From an uncultured Thermococci archaeon (GTDB taxonomy: Archaea; Methanobacteriota_B; Thermococci; Methanofastidiosales; B48-G16), in assembly GCA_964595645.1 (NCBI GenBank), contig CAZQQT010000005.1:32001-96000 (forward strand): 64,000 nt of DNA, given 5' to 3'. Positions 60,726-64,000 of this stretch are shown here, piece by piece; within the stretch, counting starts at the first letter, position 1, and every line of letters begins with the position of its first letter. The position numbers and the translations under genes were made by a program. The notes under the pieces were generated by a model. That model searched no databases and was not told the DNA's origin. It saw only the letters and a list, made by a program, of their open reading frames with translations.

Positions 60726-62045
60726 CTAAAATTCTGTTGTTCCTGTGAATAGGAACTTCCCTAACTTCATCTTTGGAACGCGCATTCCTCCATTCATATA
60801 CGAAAAACTCTCGAGCTTTGTCTTTTCCCCGATAAATTCCACACTCTGTAGGGCTTCAAGTACATTTTGTGTAAATCGAAGGTTCTTCACCGCTTCTGTC
60901 ACTTCACCATCTTCTATGAGGAATGTGCCGTCTCGCGTCATACCGGTGATAATTGTTTTTATGGGGTGCACTGGATTCACATAGTGGAATCGAGTTACCA
61001 ATAATCCTTTCTCAGTCTCGGCAATCATCTCATCTTTGTCTGAGTCTCCCGATTCTAAGAAGAGGTTGATGGGATACGGTTTTTCTGTCTGGAGAAGTGC
61101 GTGTCCCGTTGACTCTTCCCCTGCCTTGCCAGCGGTATATGAGTTGTGTACAACATTTTTCGCGATACCTTCAGCAATGAGAGGTACCTTCTGTTTTGGG
61201 ACACCTTCAAAATCAAAGGGTAGAGCAAAGTTTGTCTGATCGAGTCCGTCATCCCAGATAGTAATGCTCTCTCCGGTGATTTTTTCGCCTAGGTTTCCGC
61301 ACATAAAACTCTTCTCTTCCTGAAAATCCATAGCACTGAACCCCATAAACGCGAGGTACATGAGCATCGTGCTGACGGCATACTCCTCCAATACTACCTC
61401 ATACTCACCGGGTTCGATCGTTTTGGCGTGTTCACTCATAATGCACCCTTCCGCAGCTTCTCTTCCCAGTTCAGCAAAGTTGAACTTGTTTACATCACGA
61501 GACGCGAAATCGGCGTAGCCAAACCCTGTATCACTTATCGCATTGGTGGTCAACACTGCTGTGGTAGATTCAAACTCTTTTTCTACACCCAGGGAATTTG
61601 CAATGGTAAAATTCGTATAGGTGGTACTGAATGCCCCTGAGACAGAACCTATGTCTTTCTCATGCGCGGTATCGATGAGTGTTTTCACATCCTCTGCCCG
61701 TTCGTCCGGTGTGGAGGCATGTGTGCTTTTATAATATGCCTTTACCGGTTTGTGCATCTTCGGTTCTGGGAGTGAGGTGAAATCAGGATTTGGTTTCTGG
61801 AGGTTGACTATTTTCTCCAGGGTCTTTATGCTGTCGTCTACACTGTCGAGGGAAGTAGTCATTACCTCCCCCACTTTCTTGTCAATGACACCTTTAATAT
61901 AGAGCTCTATATGTGTCTCGTTCACATTTTGGTGTATTATGGAGTTCGCAAATCGCGTCAGGTTGTTTTCTGTTTGTAGCACACACACTTGGAGCTGATC
62001 GAACCGATCATCGTGCACTATCTTTTGTAGAATATCTCTTACCAT
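60726..62045 (-). CDS. TldE/PmbA family protein
   Basis: TRFANS, PFDFEG, TGHA, TGMTRDG; no HExxxH. Confidence 0.9.
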   Translation of the reverse strand: MVRDILQKIVHDDRFDQLQVCVLQTENNLTRFANSIIHQNVNETHIELYIKGVIDKKVGEVMTTSLDSVDDSIKTLEKIVNLQKPNPDFTSLPEPKMHKPVKAYYKSTHASTPDERAEDVKTLIDTAHEKDIGSVSGAFSTTYTNFTIANSLGVEKEFESTTAVLTTNAISDTGFGYADFASRDVNKFNFAELGREAAEGCIMSEHAKTIEPGEYEVVLEEYAVSTMLMYLAFMGFSAMDFQEEKSFMCGNLGEKITGESITIWDDGLDQTNFALPFDFEGVPKQKVPLIAEGIAKNVVHNSYTAGKAGEESTGHALLQTEKPYPINLFLESGDSDKDEMIAETEKGLLVTRFHYVNPVHPIKTIITGMTRDGTFLIEDGEVTEAVKNLRFTQNVLEALQSVEFIGEKTKLESFSYMNGGMRVPKMKLGKFLFTGTTEF

Positions 62046-63493
62046 TTTCCCACCCCCACCATGATATCTTCAAATTTTGCTGAGGGGACGCCGTGTCCGA
62101 CGTGCGCCGCCTGTCCCGGCTGGCCTTTTCCACAGTTGGGAACACCCCACATATGCCAGTCGTTGCCGATAGCAACGAGATTTCTCCAGAATTCGTAGGT
62201 GATGCCCGTATACGTAGGATTCTTTACGAGATCCTTGAGCTCTCCATCTTCAATCGTATAGCCCAGCTCTGTGCCAAACTGGAAGTTCAACCGTTTATCA
62301 TCGATACTCCAACTTTTATTCGTCTCCACGTAGAGCCCCTCCTTAGTGTCTTCTATCAATTCTTCTTTTGAATAATCTCCGGGAGCCAGGTTGATATTGG
62401 TCATCCGGATGATAGGGATCTTGCTCCACCCATCTGCTCTCATAGTGCCGTTGCTCGTCTGGTCTATCTCATACGCCGTTTCTCGGGAGGTTAAGTACCC
62501 TGAGAACATACCGTTTTTCACAAGGTACACCTTTTGTGCCTTCACTCCTTCATCATCATAGCCAAAGGTCCCCAACCCTCCTTCTATTGTAGCATCGGCT
62601 GTGATGTTGACCAGATCACTTCCGTACCTAAATGTATTGAGCTTCTCCGTTGTTAAAAAACTCGTACCTGCGTAGTTGGCTTCGGTGCCAAACACTCTAT
62701 CAAGCTCGGTAGGGTGGCCACAGGACTCGTGTATCTGGAGTACCATCTGTGAGGAGTCCACCACCAGATCGGTCTTTTTCGATGGACACTGGTCCGCGTT
62801 CAGTAGCTGAACGGCTTCGTCGGCTACCCGTTCTGCATTTCCAGGGAGATTCAGTCCTTCGATAAACTCGTATCCTTCTGTATGGTAGTCACCGCCAAAT
62901 GAGGTAGGGTAACATCGCTTCTGCATCTCACCGGGTGTCGCAGCTATTGCGGTGATGCCACCTCCTACTTCCGTGATTTCTTGCTCGATGTGGGCGTTTT
63001 CTGTCGAGGCAAACGTCTTTTTTTCCCTCATTGTACGCATCGTTCCTTCTCTTACCGCAATTTTTTCTTTATCCATCCGTTTGACACATTCCATAAGAAG
63101 ATCAACTTTTTCTTCGGTGGCTACCTTAAATGGATCCTTTTTTATCTTCGTCTTATATGTATCCCGATATACTTCTGCGTCAGCGAGTTTCACGTCCTTT
63201 TTCTTTGCTTTGGCAGAAGCTTTGGCTATTTTTATAGCAAGTTTTGCTTTTTTCCTCACTTCATCCTTATTCATTTTCGATGAACTCGCGAATCCCCACG
63301 CACCATTGAGCAGAACACGAATGCCAAACCCCCTATCAACAATATCTTCAAGACGTTCTATTTTGCCATTTTTTACTTCTATGTTCTCCGTATGTCGTTC
63401 AACAGTTCGTATATCTCCATAGGCACCTTCTTTATTTACTGTTTTAAGAGCTTCTTTAATTACCAATAGATCACCTTTTGCACTACTGTACAT
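62039..63493 (-). CDS. tldD: TldD family metalloprotease
   Basis: HESCGHPTELDR, YDDEG, RMTN, NCGKGQP. Confidence 0.92.
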   Translation of the reverse strand: MYSSAKGDLLVIKEALKTVNKEGAYGDIRTVERHTENIEVKNGKIERLEDIVDRGFGIRVLLNGAWGFASSSKMNKDEVRKKAKLAIKIAKASAKAKKKDVKLADAEVYRDTYKTKIKKDPFKVATEEKVDLLMECVKRMDKEKIAVREGTMRTMREKKTFASTENAHIEQEITEVGGGITAIAATPGEMQKRCYPTSFGGDYHTEGYEFIEGLNLPGNAERVADEAVQLLNADQCPSKKTDLVVDSSQMVLQIHESCGHPTELDRVFGTEANYAGTSFLTTEKLNTFRYGSDLVNITADATIEGGLGTFGYDDEGVKAQKVYLVKNGMFSGYLTSRETAYEIDQTSNGTMRADGWSKIPIIRMTNINLAPGDYSKEELIEDTKEGLYVETNKSWSIDDKRLNFQFGTELGYTIEDGELKDLVKNPTYTGITYEFWRNLVAIGNDWHMWGVPNCGKGQPGQAAHVGHGVPSAKFEDIMVGVGKW

Positions 63494-63547
63494 GTATCCT
63501 AACCGTAATATTTAAATTTTATCCCTCGTAGAGGATTTGGTGAGACA

Positions 63548-64000
63548 ATGAATGTGAAAAAGATACGAGAACAAATCCCTGCTCTTACAAAGCGTGTTCA
63601 CCTGAATTCAGCAGCGGTCGCACCCCTCTTTTCAGAAACAATCAGCGAAATTCAACATTTTCTGGACAGCAGGGGAACACGTGCGACGTTTGATTTTTCC
63701 GGCTGGCTAGAGAAAATAGAAGCGTGTAGAGAGAATATTGCTGAGCTTGTTAACGCGTCAAAGGAGGAAATTGCCTTCATGCTCAACACGTCTCAGGGAA
63801 TCAACACGGTGGCGAACATGATTGAGTGGGAAAAGGGAGACACGGTAATCACGTCGGATCTCGAGTTTCCTTCCAATAGTATCCCGTGGTATAACCTCAG
63901 AAAAAAAGGAGTCACGGTAAAAACAGTCAAGAATGTCAATGGTGAGATACGTATCGAGGATGTTGAAAAAATGATGGACGAAAATACTCGGATGGTCGCT
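63548..64000 (+). CDS. Class V aminotransferase/cysteine desulfurase-like protein, runs off the window edge
   Basis: Hand translation MNVKKIREQIPAL..VHLNSAAVAP...EEIAFMLNTSQGIN...EFPSN. Confidence 0.85.
   Translation, partial: MNVKKIREQIPALTKRVHLNSAAVAPLFSETISEIQHFLDSRGTRATFDFSGWLEKIEACRENIAELVNASKEEIAFMLNTSQGINTVANMIEWEKGDTVITSDLEFPSNSIPWYNLRKKGVTVKTVKNVNGEIRIEDVEKMMDENTRMVA

Overview
Archaeal chromosomal window. It has BRE/TATA promoters, GGAGGTGA Shine-Dalgarno (SD) sites, Alba, pelota, S3Ae, Kae1/Bud32 and tetraether synthase. The gene content suggests an uncultured Thermococci-related peptide fermenter such as Theionarchaea or Methanofastidiosia, but that is inference. The left 11.7 kb is a split type I-B CRISPR-Cas locus on the minus strand: cas6, a 101-bp leader, a 64-repeat/63-spacer array, an MNT antitoxin with a truncated HEPN toxin, a relE remnant, an Lrp-regulated amino-acid uptake/hydrolysis island, and then cas8b running off the edge (missed by the ORF track). 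Next comes a housekeeping operon, kae1-bud32-Ham1-rps15-DHH-rps3ae-tRNA-Arg. In it the GAN/RecJ-Cdc45-like nuclease appears internally deleted and is fused to a Pcc1-like KEOPS subunit, and the tRNA overlaps the rps3ae stop codon. Further right are tes, JAB and DUF362 genes, an accessory two-component region, and a Roadblock-Roadblock-MinD-small membrane protein-giant surface protein-pelota operon that is a candidate cell-surface positioning system. The rest holds a thioredoxin/polyferredoxin pair, hisS, Alba, accessory metabolic genes and two tandem TldD/TldE pairs. The window has five tRNAs in total (Arg, Leu, Gly, Gln, Phe) and three intergenic hairpin RNA candidates, two of which display anti-SD loops. 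All family calls come from recognised motifs, not database searches.
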